In this document: positions 16,757-25,630 of the stretch, in pieces
How the letters are laid out: every line of letters starts with the position of its first letter
Numbering within the stretch: position 1 is the first letter of the stretch
Source of the DNA: Zymomonas mobilis subsp. mobilis ATCC 10988
GTDB lineage: Bacteria > Pseudomonadota > Alphaproteobacteria > Sphingomonadales > Sphingomonadaceae
Assembly (NCBI RefSeq): GCF_000175255.2
Contig: NC_017262.1
Location: 1,230,001-1,262,000 of the forward strand
Reading direction: 5' to 3'
DNA: 32,000 bases
Program-made: the position numbers and the translations under genes
Notes under the pieces: generated by a model
Told to the model about the DNA's origin: nothing
The model's database searches: none
Seen by the model: only the letters and a program-made list of their open reading frames with translations

Positions 16757-17770
16757 CTAACCGCAAGGCAAAATAAGGCTAGAAACCACATAACGGTTAG
16801 GCTGATTACTTAAGGTGAATTTTCCTTTGAATTGGCGGGCAAACATAGCCGCAATTTTCAGGCCTAAGCTATCGACCTTTTCAAGGGAAAAGCCTTGGGG
16901 AAGAGGTTTGCCATTATTGGAAATGGTAAGCTCGATTTGCCCGCCAATTTTTTGAAGCTTAATTTCAATAAACGCGTCTTTATGATCGCCTTTAAAGCCA
17001 TGCTCTAACGCGTTTGAAACGGATTCAGCCGATACAAGCGCTAAAGGGATTGCCATATCTGACGGTAAGATCAGGTCTTCAGCTTCTATTTTATAGCGGA
17101 TATTCGGGAGATTACTGGACGCAATGACCTCTTTGATCAAGCGATCAAGGATCAGTTTTGCCCCAAGCTGATTCCCGTTTTTAATATAAAGCGCCCGCTG
17201 TAATTCACCGATCATATGAATCCGCCGAACAGAGGCATCAATAGCTTCCTTGGCTTTTTCATCAGTGATGCTGCGGCTTTGCATCCGCAATAATGACGCA
17301 ATAACCTGTAAGTTATTTGAAATGCGATGCTGTAATTCATGAAACAGCAATTCATTGCGTTCAGCCAGCATCTGATTATAGGCACGCTTTTTCTGGAGGC
17401 GGTAATTACCTTGCTGTAGCGCAATCACCAATCCCATATCCGTGACTGTTTCTAGCAGACAAAGAAACCAGACCAATACACCGTTAAATCGGCTTCCTTC
17501 TTCGATAAAATAAGGCGCAACCATCAAGCTAAGAATAGCCGCGATAATACCCGGTCTTGTCCCAAAGAGGAAAGTAACCACAAGCATTGTCGGCATAAAG
17601 GTCACGAAAGGATAACCTGCCGGTAAAAAATGCCCAATAATACTACGGACAAGGAAGGCACATCCTACAAAAATCAAAGCGCAGATATTCCCGAGCCATG
17701 GTTTATTTTGCCATAAAGGCAAAAGCTCTAACATCCTGTGCATGACCGGGGTATTCCGGATTAAGACCAT
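16757..17770 (-). CDS. Membrane sensor histidine kinase, HisKA_2-type H box, no adjacent response regulator
   Basis: 337 aa. The N-terminus has 4 hydrophobic helices resembling the KdpD-type (DUF4118-like) membrane module. The H box is FHELQHRISNNLQVIASLLRMQ. The ATPase N box is SNALEHGF. The SD GGGGGAGG lies 4 nt upstream of the ATG. Confidence 0.85.
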   Translation of the reverse strand: MVLIRNTPVMHRMLELLPLWQNKPWLGNICALIFVGCAFLVRSIIGHFLPAGYPFVTFMPTMLVVTFLFGTRPGIIAAILSLMVAPYFIEEGSRFNGVLVWFLCLLETVTDMGLVIALQQGNYRLQKKRAYNQMLAERNELLFHELQHRISNNLQVIASLLRMQSRSITDEKAKEAIDASVRRIHMIGELQRALYIKNGNQLGAKLILDRLIKEVIASSNLPNIRYKIEAEDLILPSDMAIPLALVSAESVSNALEHGFKGDHKDAFIEIKLQKIGGQIELTISNNGKPLPQGFSLEKVDSLGLKIAAMFARQFKGKFTLSNQPNRYVVSSLILPCG

Positions 17771-17866
17771 GCATCCTCCCCCAGATACAATATTCTGGTA
17801 TTTCCTATAAAAAGACAGTTTGAGACTATCTTTATCACTGTTTGTTCTATGGCCTTCTTTTTATGC

Positions 17867-17901
17867 AAAAAAAAGGAGGATCTTTAAAGACCCTCCTTTT
17901 T
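17867..17901 (-). terminator. Strong intrinsic terminator after pnp
   Basis: The minus strand reads AAAAAGGAGGGTCTTTAAAGATCCTCC followed by T9. The + strand coordinates are GGAGG 17875-17879 and CCTCC 17892-17896. A weaker T5 run is present on the + strand. Confidence 0.85.
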
Positions 17902-17922
17902 CGATACAAAATATGAAAGATA

Positions 17923-20169
17923 TTAGCTATCTTTGCGCAGGAATGCCGGAGCAAATTCCGGTTCCATGTCACGTCTTGCCGGACGATCGCCAGATTCCCG
18001 ACGAGGGCCCCGATCACGACGAGGACGCTCACCACCGCGACGTTCTGCGTTCTCACGTGGCGGACGGTTATCATCCAGCTCTGCGCCGGTTTCCTGATCG
18101 ACAACACGCATAGACAGGCGAACCTTGCCACGGTTGTCAATTTCAAGAACCTTGACTTTGACTTCCTGACCTTCAGACAGGACATCGCTGACCTTGTTGA
18201 CACGTTCGTTCTTGATTTCCGAAACATGTACCAAGCCGTCACGGCCACCCATGAAGTTTACGAAGGCACCGAAATCAACGATATTGACGACTTTACCGTT
18301 ATAGATTTTGCCTACTTCCGGTTCTTCAACAATACCATTGATCCATTCACGGGCTGCTTCAATATTGGCCGGATCGGAAGAAGACAGACGAACCGTGCCG
18401 TCATCTTCGATATCGACCTTGGCACCTGTGGTCGCCACGATTTCACGGATAACTTTTCCGCCCGTTCCGATAACATCACGGATTTTGTCTTTTGGTACGC
18501 TCATTGTTTCAATGCGCGGTGCCAAATTAGAAATTTCGGAGCGGACTTCACCCAGCGCTTTGGACATTTCACCCAAGATATGAGCACGGCCACCTTTAGC
18601 CTGTTCCAAAGCTTTCTGCATGATTTCTTCGGTAATGCCAGCAACCTTGATGTCCATCTGGAGGCTGGTGATACCTTTTTCGGTACCGGCGACCTTAAAG
18701 TCCATATCACCCAAGTGATCTTCATCACCCATGATATCCGACAAAATAGCGAAGCCGTCTTTTTCCAGAATAAGACCCATGGCGATACCGGAAACCGGAC
18801 GCGTTAAGGGAACACCGGCATCCATCAAGGCAAGGCAGCCACCGCAAACGGTTGCCATGGAAGAGGAACCATTAGATTCGGTGATATCCGACAAAACGCG
18901 GATGGTATACGGGAAATCAGCCTTGCTCGGCAAAACCGGATGAAGCGCACGCCATGCCAGTTTACCATGGCCGATTTCACGACGACCCGGAGCCCCAAAA
19001 CGACCAACTTCACCGACCGAATAAGGAGGGAAGTTATAATGCAGCATGAAGCGTTCATAATGAAGGCCGGTTAAACCGTCGATCATCTGTTCAGCATCCG
19101 CCGTTCCAAGGGTGGTTGAAACCAAAGCCTGTGTTTCACCGCGCGTAAACAGAGCAGAACCATGCGTGCGGGGCAAGAATCCAACCTGAGAGCGGATCGG
19201 GCGAACTGTTTTCAGATCGCGTCCGTCAATTCTCCGGCCTTCTTTCAGAATGGCGGTGCGGACGATTTTTGCTTCCAGCTTCTTCGCGAGCTTCTGGATA
19301 CGCAGCTTTTCTGTCGGATCAGCTTCTGGGAAGGCTTCGTCAAGAACCGCTTTGGCCTTGCTCAAGGCTTCAACACGCTCAGCCTTACGAGTCAGACGAT
19401 AGGCCTTATCGAAATTGTCGTAGCAGAGTTCTTCGACTTTGGCAGCCAATGCGCTGTCATCATAGCTGACCAGTTCCCAAGGCTCTTTAGCGGCCTGTTC
19501 TGCCAGATTGATGATAGCTTTGATAACCGGCTGTAAAGATTCATGCGCAAAAGAAACGGCATTGAGCATGACTTCTTCGGGAAGCTCATTCGCTTCCGAT
19601 TCAACCATCATCACGGCATCACGGGTAGCCCCGACAACCAGATCAAGATCACTTTTTTCAAGCTGTTCCAAGGTCGGGTTAAGAATGAACTCGCCATCTT
19701 GATAACCCACACGGGCAGCACCGATGGGACCAAGGAAAGGCACACCGGAAAGAGCAAGGGCCGCAGAAGCGGCGATCATCGCCAAGATATCCGGTTCATT
19801 CTCGCCGTCATAGGACATGACCTGCGCAATGACCAAGGTTTCGTTATAGAAACCTTCCGGAAACAGAGGACGGATTGGACGGTCGATTAACCGTGAAATC
19901 AGCGTTTCCCGTTCGGTTGCGCCACGTTCACGCTTGAAAAAGCCACCGGGAATACGGCCTGCTGCTGAATATTTTTCCTGATAATGGACGGTCAAAGGAA
20001 AGAAATCCTGACCTTCTTTTACCGTTTTTGCTGCCGTTACCGCGCATAATACGACCGTTTCACCTAAGGTCGCAATGACGGCGCCATCTGCCTGACGGGC
20101 AACCTGTCCGGTTTCCAGTGTCAGTTTTTTCCCGCCCCAATCGATTTCCTGGCGTTTAATATCGAACAT
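17923..20169 (-). CDS. pnp: Polyribonucleotide nucleotidyltransferase (PNPase) with an Arg-rich C-terminal tail
   Basis: 748 aa. It has two RNase PH domains, KH ([12 protein letters not shown]) and S1 ([18 protein letters not shown]) domains. A ~50-aa tail, [33 protein letters not shown]..., follows. The SD is AAGGAA. Confidence 0.96.
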   Translation of the reverse strand: MFDIKRQEIDWGGKKLTLETGQVARQADGAVIATLGETVVLCAVTAAKTVKEGQDFFPLTVHYQEKYSAAGRIPGGFFKRERGATERETLISRLIDRPIRPLFPEGFYNETLVIAQVMSYDGENEPDILAMIAASAALALSGVPFLGPIGAARVGYQDGEFILNPTLEQLEKSDLDLVVGATRDAVMMVESEANELPEEVMLNAVSFAHESLQPVIKAIINLAEQAAKEPWELVSYDDSALAAKVEELCYDNFDKAYRLTRKAERVEALSKAKAVLDEAFPEADPTEKLRIQKLAKKLEAKIVRTAILKEGRRIDGRDLKTVRPIRSQVGFLPRTHGSALFTRGETQALVSTTLGTADAEQMIDGLTGLHYERFMLHYNFPPYSVGEVGRFGAPGRREIGHGKLAWRALHPVLPSKADFPYTIRVLSDITESNGSSSMATVCGGCLALMDAGVPLTRPVSGIAMGLILEKDGFAILSDIMGDEDHLGDMDFKVAGTEKGITSLQMDIKVAGITEEIMQKALEQAKGGRAHILGEMSKALGEVRSEISNLAPRIETMSVPKDKIRDVIGTGGKVIREIVATTGAKVDIEDDGTVRLSSSDPANIEAAREWINGIVEEPEVGKIYNGKVVNIVDFGAFVNFMGGRDGLVHVSEIKNERVNKVSDVLSEGQEVKVKVLEIDNRGKVRLSMRVVDQETGAELDDNRPPRENAERRGGERPRRDRGPRRESGDRPARRDMEPEFAPAFLRKDS

Positions 20170-20245
20170 TCAATTTCCTTCTGGCTCCGACCCTATGTCA
20201 GGAGCTGCCTTTTTCCGGATTCGCCGGATTGCGAGATAACCGGAT

Positions 20246-20273
20246 GCGAAACGGCCTCCCGATAAGGAGGCCG
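20246..20273 (-). terminator. rpsO terminator/attenuator hairpin in the pnp leader
   Basis: The minus strand reads GGCCTCC-TTATCG-GGAGGCC followed by GTTTCG, a weak U tract. It begins 11 nt after the rpsO stop. The position is analogous to the leaky rpsO terminator of enterobacteria. Confidence 0.55.
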
Positions 20274-20282
20274 CACCGTCTT

Positions 20283-20552
20283 TTACTTACGAAGACCCAG
20301 TCTTGCGATAAGGCTGCTGTAGCGGTCTTTGTCGTTATTCTTGACGTAATCAAGCAGGCTACGACGCTTGTTAACCAAACGGAGCAAACCACGACGGGAA
20401 TGGTTATCCTTGGCGTGGGTTTTGAAATGTTCGGTCAGGTTAACAATCCGTTCGGTCAGAATAGCAACCTGGACTTCCGGAGAACCCGTATCGCCTTCGA
20501 CGCGTGCATATTCTTTGATTAACGCTTCTTTGCGTTCTGCTGTGATCGACAT
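20283..20552 (-). CDS. rpsO: 30S ribosomal protein S15 (uS15)
   Basis: 89 aa. [37 protein letters not shown] is the S15 signature. Confidence 0.96.
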   Translation of the reverse strand: MSITAERKEALIKEYARVEGDTGSPEVQVAILTERIVNLTEHFKTHAKDNHSRRGLLRLVNKRRSLLDYVKNNDKDRYSSLIARLGLRK

Positions 20553-20569
20553 CAGTCGTCCTTTCTATT

Positions 20570-21481
20570 TTAAAAATTGAAACCGCGCAAAACCCGGGCT
20601 TCTTGCCCAGTGACTTCAATAAGAGCAACCGGAATTTGTGATTCCATTGCCATATTTAAGCCGGATTCTGCGTTAATTCCGATCAATTTCTGCCCCTGAC
20701 GGAGTGCTTTTGCCTGATCGGAGGAAACTGCTAAAGCCGGGATGTCGTCCAGCCCTGCTGTTAAAGGCAAAAGCATTTGATACAGCTTTCCAGCTTGCGC
20801 CATTTCCATTAATTTGTCCAGTGAAATTGCCTGTTCACTCGTAAATGGCCCCGATTTCAATCGACGCAAATAGCTGACATGACCATAACAATTCAGTTTA
20901 TGGGCAATGTCGCGGGCAAGGCTTCTAATATAGGTGCCTTTAGAAACCTTGGCGATAAAAGTAGCCTGATCGGGGCTAAAATCGTCTAAGGTCAATTCAT
21001 GGATAGTAATATCGCGTCCTTTGACGGTCACCGTTTCTCCGGCGCGGACGCGGTCGCAGGCGCGTTTCCCATTGATTTTCAAGGCAGAATAAACGGGGGG
21101 GATTTGGTGTATTTCACCTCGGAAGCAAGATAGAACAGATTCCACTTCTTCCCTTGTGGGACGTTTATCTGATTGAGCGGTGATGTGCCCCTCTCTATCC
21201 AAGCTATCCGTTTCCGCTCCAAAAGCGAGGGTAAAGGCATAGACTTTGTCGGAATTAAGCGCATAGCCCGCCAATTTCGTCGCCTCGCCTAAGGCAACAG
21301 GTAAAACGCCAGAGGCAAGGGGATCTAACGTCCCGCCATGACCGACTTTTACTTTCGGTAATCCGGCGATACGGATAGCGCGTTTGACAGCAGAGACGGC
21401 TTGGGTTGAGCCTAAGCCTTCTTGCTTGTCGAGAATGATCCAGCCATGGAGCGCATCGGTCGGGGAGGGCGTAAGGGTCAT
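20570..21481 (-). CDS. truB: tRNA pseudouridine-55 synthase
   Basis: 303 aa. GWIILDKQEGLGS and the catalytic motif KVGHGGTLDPLASGVLPV are present. The start ATG overlaps the tdk stop (ATGA). Confidence 0.94.
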   Translation of the reverse strand: MTLTPSPTDALHGWIILDKQEGLGSTQAVSAVKRAIRIAGLPKVKVGHGGTLDPLASGVLPVALGEATKLAGYALNSDKVYAFTLAFGAETDSLDREGHITAQSDKRPTREEVESVLSCFRGEIHQIPPVYSALKINGKRACDRVRAGETVTVKGRDITIHELTLDDFSPDQATFIAKVSKGTYIRSLARDIAHKLNCYGHVSYLRRLKSGPFTSEQAISLDKLMEMAQAGKLYQMLLPLTAGLDDIPALAVSSDQAKALRQGQKLIGINAESGLNMAMESQIPVALIEVTGQEARVLRGFNF

Positions 21482-22059
21482 AAGCTATTGAGTTTTTCTA
21501 TAAAATGGCGGCGGCAAAGCGCGATATAGCGCTCGTTCCCTCCGATGTCCGTTTGTTGTCCATGACGAATGGGCTTTTTATTTTCATCAACCCGTAAATT
21601 CATTGTCGCCTTGGCACCGCAAAAACAGACCGATTTGATTTCTGCCAATTTATCCGCAATCGCCAGCAGATATTTCGAGCCTTCAAATAATTCAGCCTGA
21701 AAGTCAGTGCGAAGACCGTAACATAAAACTGGAATATTCAAATCGTCACAGACGCGGGCAAGTTCAAATACCTGATTTTTGTTCAGGAATTGCGCTTCAT
21801 CTATCAAGATACAGTGCAGCGGATTTTTAACATGCTGCTCTTGGATAATATCCCATAGAGAGCTTTCCTCAAAAAACGCGATAGCGGGCGCTTCTAAACC
21901 GATACGGGATTTTATGACACCCTGTTTATAGCGGGTATCAATTCCGGCCGTGAACAATAAGGTTTGCATCCCTCGTTCACGATAATTGAAATCCGCTTGC
22001 AAAAGATTCGTCGATTTTCCGGCGTTCATCGAGGCATAATAAAAATACAACTTAGCCAT
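21478..22059 (-). CDS. tdk: Thymidine kinase (E. coli-like Tdk)
   Basis: 193 aa. The sequence MAKLYFYYASMNAGKSTNLLQADFNYRERGM...IDEAQFL...PVLCYGLRTDF...FCGAKATMNLR...IGGNERYIALCRRH aligns almost collinearly with E. coli Tdk from memory. Confidence 0.93.
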   Translation of the reverse strand: MAKLYFYYASMNAGKSTNLLQADFNYRERGMQTLLFTAGIDTRYKQGVIKSRIGLEAPAIAFFEESSLWDIIQEQHVKNPLHCILIDEAQFLNKNQVFELARVCDDLNIPVLCYGLRTDFQAELFEGSKYLLAIADKLAEIKSVCFCGAKATMNLRVDENKKPIRHGQQTDIGGNERYIALCRRHFIEKLNSL

Positions 22060-22082
22060 GCGTGAAATACCCGCTTGATCGC

Positions 22083-22508
22083 TTAAAGGCTGCCTTCGCT
22101 GTCGTCTTCCTGATCGTCATTTTCCTGTAAATCACGCTGCACATGAGGCGAGCGTAACAGTGAGTCAATCCGACTACCCTGTTCAAAACTTTCATCGGCT
22201 AAAAAGCGGAGCTTAGGCACGTATTTCAGCCGTATTTTTTTAGCGATAGCGGCTTGGAGAAAAGAAGCGTTTTTTGACAGAACGCCGATGACTGTGTCAT
22301 CAGACGCGCCGCCTAACGATTTTACGAAAACGGTGGCGATCCGTAAATCAGGAGTCATTCTGACTTCACTGATAGAGACAAATAGATTGTCTAATGTATC
22401 GCCATGGATTTCCCCTCTCATCAGCATTTCAGCTAAAACATGACGGATTTGTTCTCCGACACGTAACGGGCGGATGGAGTGACCTTCTGGCGTTTGATTG
22501 CGACGCAT
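22083..22508 (-). CDS. rbfA: Ribosome-binding factor A with an acidic C-terminal tail
   Basis: 141 aa. R..RVGEQIRHVLAEML....I.........VSISEVRMTPDLRIATVFV is the RbfA pattern. It sits between infB and truB. Confidence 0.9.
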   Translation of the reverse strand: MRRNQTPEGHSIRPLRVGEQIRHVLAEMLMRGEIHGDTLDNLFVSISEVRMTPDLRIATVFVKSLGGASDDTVIGVLSKNASFLQAAIAKKIRLKYVPKLRFLADESFEQGSRIDSLLRSPHVQRDLQENDDQEDDSEGSL

Positions 22509-22591
22509 GGGCTACAGACCTTAAAAAACAAAATATAAAATACGGTATCTTTTTAAGGGCTGAGAGAGACAGACTTTAAAAAGAAATCGGC

Positions 22592-22631
22592 ATGAAAAAG
22601 AATTGCGGCCAAGGTCGATGACCCTGACCGC
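22592..22631 (-). terminator. Terminator/attenuator-like hairpin between infB and rbfA
   Basis: The minus strand reads GCGGTCAGGGTC-ATC-GACCTTGGCCGC, a 12-bp stem with two G-U pairs. It is followed by AATTCTTTTTC. Confidence 0.55.
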
Positions 22632-22654
22632 AAAATAGATAATCTGTTGAAAAA

Positions 22655-25627
22655 TTAAAGGGTGCGTGCCCGTTCTTCAACTTCAAAGGTTTCGACAATA
22701 TCACCCGCTTTGATGTCGGTTGAGCCTTCCAGCGTGATACCGCATTCGAGACCAGCCCGAACTTCGGGAACATCATCTTTAAAGCGACGCAGTGATGCGA
22801 TTGAACCGTTATAAATAATAACGTCATTACGCAGCACACGTGCCCGCAATTTCTGGCGGATATAGCCTTCCAGAACCAACAGACCGGCGGCGCGGCCATG
22901 TTTACCAGCAGAGAAGACCTCACGAATTTCGGCTTTACCGACCACAGTTTCAAAATATTCTGGGCCAAGTTTGCCAGCCATAGCGGCTTTAATTTCATCG
23001 ATCAGATCATAGATCACATCGTAAAATTTCAAGGCTACGCCATCGCGACGGGCAATATCACGTGCTTTGCTGTTCGGACGAACATGGAAGCCGATAATCG
23101 GCGCACCAGAAGCTGCGGCCAAGGAGACATCGCTTTCAGTGATACCACCAACGCCCTGATGTAAAATACGAACGCGGATATCCTCATTCGAAATTTTATT
23201 AAGAGCACCGGCGATTGCTTCGACTGAACCCTGCGTATCGGCTTTGATAAGCAGAGGATATTCAACAGCCTGCTTGTCCTTCAATGCCGAGAACATGGAT
23301 TCAAGGCTGGCTGGCTGTGCCGTCGTCCGCTTACGAAGGGCGATTTCAGCACGGTAAGCTGCGACTTCACGGGCACGGGCTTCGCTTTCAACAACCGTAA
23401 GGGTGTCACCGGCCTGCGGAACGCCGGAAAGACCGAGGACTTCAACCGGCATAGAAGGGCCAGCTTCTTTCTGGTTCTTTCCTTGGGCATCGGTCATGGC
23501 TCTTACACGGCCACTGAATTCACCGACCACAAAGATATCGCCAACCTTCAAGGTGCCGCGACGAACCAGAATGGTTGCGACCGGTCCACGACCGCGATCC
23601 AGCTTGGCTTCAACGACAGTGCCTTCTGCGGCACGATCAGGATTGGCCTTAAGCTCAAGCATTTCTGCCTGAAGCAGGATCTTTTCGATCAATTCATCAA
23701 GACCGGTCTTTTTCGCTGCAGAAATTTCGACATCCTGTACGTCACCGCCCATGGCTTCGACCTGCACATTATATTGCAGCAAGGCTTCACGAATGCGCTG
23801 GGGATTGGCTTCCGGCTTATCCATCTTATTGATGGCAATGATAATCGGAACATCCGCTGCGCGAGCATGGTCAATGGCTTCGACCGTCTGCGGTCTTAAA
23901 CCATCATCTGCCGCAACAACAATGATAACAATGTCGGTAACATTGGCACCACGTGCACGCATTTCACTGAAGGCTTCATGACCCGGCGTATCGAGCAAGG
24001 TGATTTTCTCACCTGAAGGTGATTCTACCTGGTAAGCGCCAATATGCTGGGTAATACCACCGGCTTCACCACGAACCACATCGCTGCCACGCAAAGCATC
24101 GAGCAAGGAGGTCTTACCATGGTCAACATGTCCCATGATCGTCACGACCGGAGGACGTGATTTCAGCGTTTCTTCTGGATCGACGTCGCTCGAGCTATCG
24201 ATTTCGACGTCACTTTCAGAAACGCGTTTGATGTTATGGCCAAATTCAGTGACCAACAATTCTGCGGTATCCTGATCGATCGTCTGGGTAAGCGTTACAG
24301 CCACGCCCATTTTGAACAAGGCTTTGACCAGATCAGCACCCCGTTCAGCCATACGGTTGGCTAATTCCTGAACCGTAATCGCTTCTGGAACAACAACGTC
24401 ACGTATCTGACGAACCTGTTGGGCTCTGTTCTGGTTTGCGCGTTTATCTTTTTCACGGGCGCGTCGTAAAGCCGCCAAAGAACGGGCGCGTGCGCCACCC
24501 TCATCACCCGACAAAGCCTTGGTGACAGTCAGTTTACCTGATTGACGACGATCTTCACCCTTGCGATCACGCATAGCAGGGCGAGGGGCTTCGCGTCTTG
24601 GCGGTGATACCGGTGTAAAGCGTCTTGGGGCAGGAGAGCGAGGCGATTCGCTCCGCTCTTCGCGGGCTTTAGGTGCCGCGGCTTTTGCTGGACGACGCGT
24701 TTTTTCTTCGCCTTCAGCAGCCCCTGCCGTTTTGGCTTGAGCCGCTTTGGCTTCTTTTTCAGCTTTAGCGCGCGCTTTTGCTTCAGCTTTCTCTTTTTCT
24801 TTCAGAGCAGCCTGTTTTTCAGCTTCAACTTTCGCTTCGGCTTCAAGACGACGTTTTTCTTCAATCCGGCGCTGTTCTTCAAGATCGGCTTCTTGTTTCA
24901 GGCGATCTTCGCGGCGACGGGCTTCTTCCAATGCCTGAAGACGGCTTTCTTCTGCTTCACGCAAAAGGCGAGCCTGTAATTCCTGTCTCGAAGCGAGATC
25001 ACGATGTGCCAATGTCCGTGGCTGACGCGGCTGACCGCCTGAACGCGTCTGGTTTTTATTCTGACTGCCACGGCCGCCTTGGCGACCGCGATTGTCCTGC
25101 GAACGATTACCCGACGGGCGATTGCCGGAAGCATTCGCGCCATTCTTTTCGGTCGTTTTCTTGGCACCCCGATCCGTAACCTTTATGGCTGCGGGTTTCG
25201 CGGCTTCTGCACTTGCCGGAGCGGCGGCTTCTTTTTCAGCTACAGGCTGTGCTGCGGCAGGCGCAGCTTTGCTTGTTTCTTGGGCGGTCGCTTCTGCTGC
25301 AACTGGTTTAGGTGCAGCTGGCGCTGGCGCCGGAGCCGGAGCAGCAGCAGGCGTTGCCACGGTTTCATTCTTGGTAGCAGTTTGAGTAACGGCTGTATCC
25401 TTATTTGGGGTATTTTCTACCGGTGCAGCCTGTTTTTTGGCCGTTTCAGCAGCCGTTGCTGCATCACCACTGCCCGGTTTATTGATAACCCGTCTTCTTT
25501 TGGTTTCTACAATCACGGTATTTGAACGGCCATGGCTGAAGCTCTGCTTCACCTTGCTGGTCTCTACTGTGCGTTTTATTCCCAGCGGCGCCCGCATCCC
25601 GAGCTTCGGCTTGTCGTTATCGCTCAT
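22655..25627 (-). CDS. infB: Translation initiation factor IF-2
   Basis: 990 aa. The N-terminal ~400 aa are low-complexity Ala/Pro/Lys/Glu/Arg-rich. The G domain shows GHVDHGKTSLLD, DTPGH and NKMD. The start lies 3 nt after the upstream gene's stop. Confidence 0.96.
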   Translation of the reverse strand: MSDNDKPKLGMRAPLGIKRTVETSKVKQSFSHGRSNTVIVETKRRRVINKPGSGDAATAAETAKKQAAPVENTPNKDTAVTQTATKNETVATPAAAPAPAPAPAAPKPVAAEATAQETSKAAPAAAQPVAEKEAAAPASAEAAKPAAIKVTDRGAKKTTEKNGANASGNRPSGNRSQDNRGRQGGRGSQNKNQTRSGGQPRQPRTLAHRDLASRQELQARLLREAEESRLQALEEARRREDRLKQEADLEEQRRIEEKRRLEAEAKVEAEKQAALKEKEKAEAKARAKAEKEAKAAQAKTAGAAEGEEKTRRPAKAAAPKAREERSESPRSPAPRRFTPVSPPRREAPRPAMRDRKGEDRRQSGKLTVTKALSGDEGGARARSLAALRRAREKDKRANQNRAQQVRQIRDVVVPEAITVQELANRMAERGADLVKALFKMGVAVTLTQTIDQDTAELLVTEFGHNIKRVSESDVEIDSSSDVDPEETLKSRPPVVTIMGHVDHGKTSLLDALRGSDVVRGEAGGITQHIGAYQVESPSGEKITLLDTPGHEAFSEMRARGANVTDIVIIVVAADDGLRPQTVEAIDHARAADVPIIIAINKMDKPEANPQRIREALLQYNVQVEAMGGDVQDVEISAAKKTGLDELIEKILLQAEMLELKANPDRAAEGTVVEAKLDRGRGPVATILVRRGTLKVGDIFVVGEFSGRVRAMTDAQGKNQKEAGPSMPVEVLGLSGVPQAGDTLTVVESEARAREVAAYRAEIALRKRTTAQPASLESMFSALKDKQAVEYPLLIKADTQGSVEAIAGALNKISNEDIRVRILHQGVGGITESDVSLAAASGAPIIGFHVRPNSKARDIARRDGVALKFYDVIYDLIDEIKAAMAGKLGPEYFETVVGKAEIREVFSAGKHGRAAGLLVLEGYIRQKLRARVLRNDVIIYNGSIASLRRFKDDVPEVRAGLECGITLEGSTDIKAGDIVETFEVEERARTL

Positions 25628-25630
25628 CTG

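Noticed and set aside
18226-18807. 193-aa + strand ORF inside pnp, and similar long antisense ORFs (4820-5272, 27785-28303, 22576-22998, 13702-14151)
   Set aside because: All are embedded in or overlap strongly supported conserved genes. They lack SDs and give no recognisable protein signatures.
24737-25525. Cluster of + strand ORFs (80-148 aa, Phe/Ser/Arg/Cys-rich) opposite the infB 5' region
   Set aside because: These are artefacts of the low-complexity Ala/Lys/Glu/Pro-coding N-terminal domain of IF2, where stop codons are depleted in several frames.
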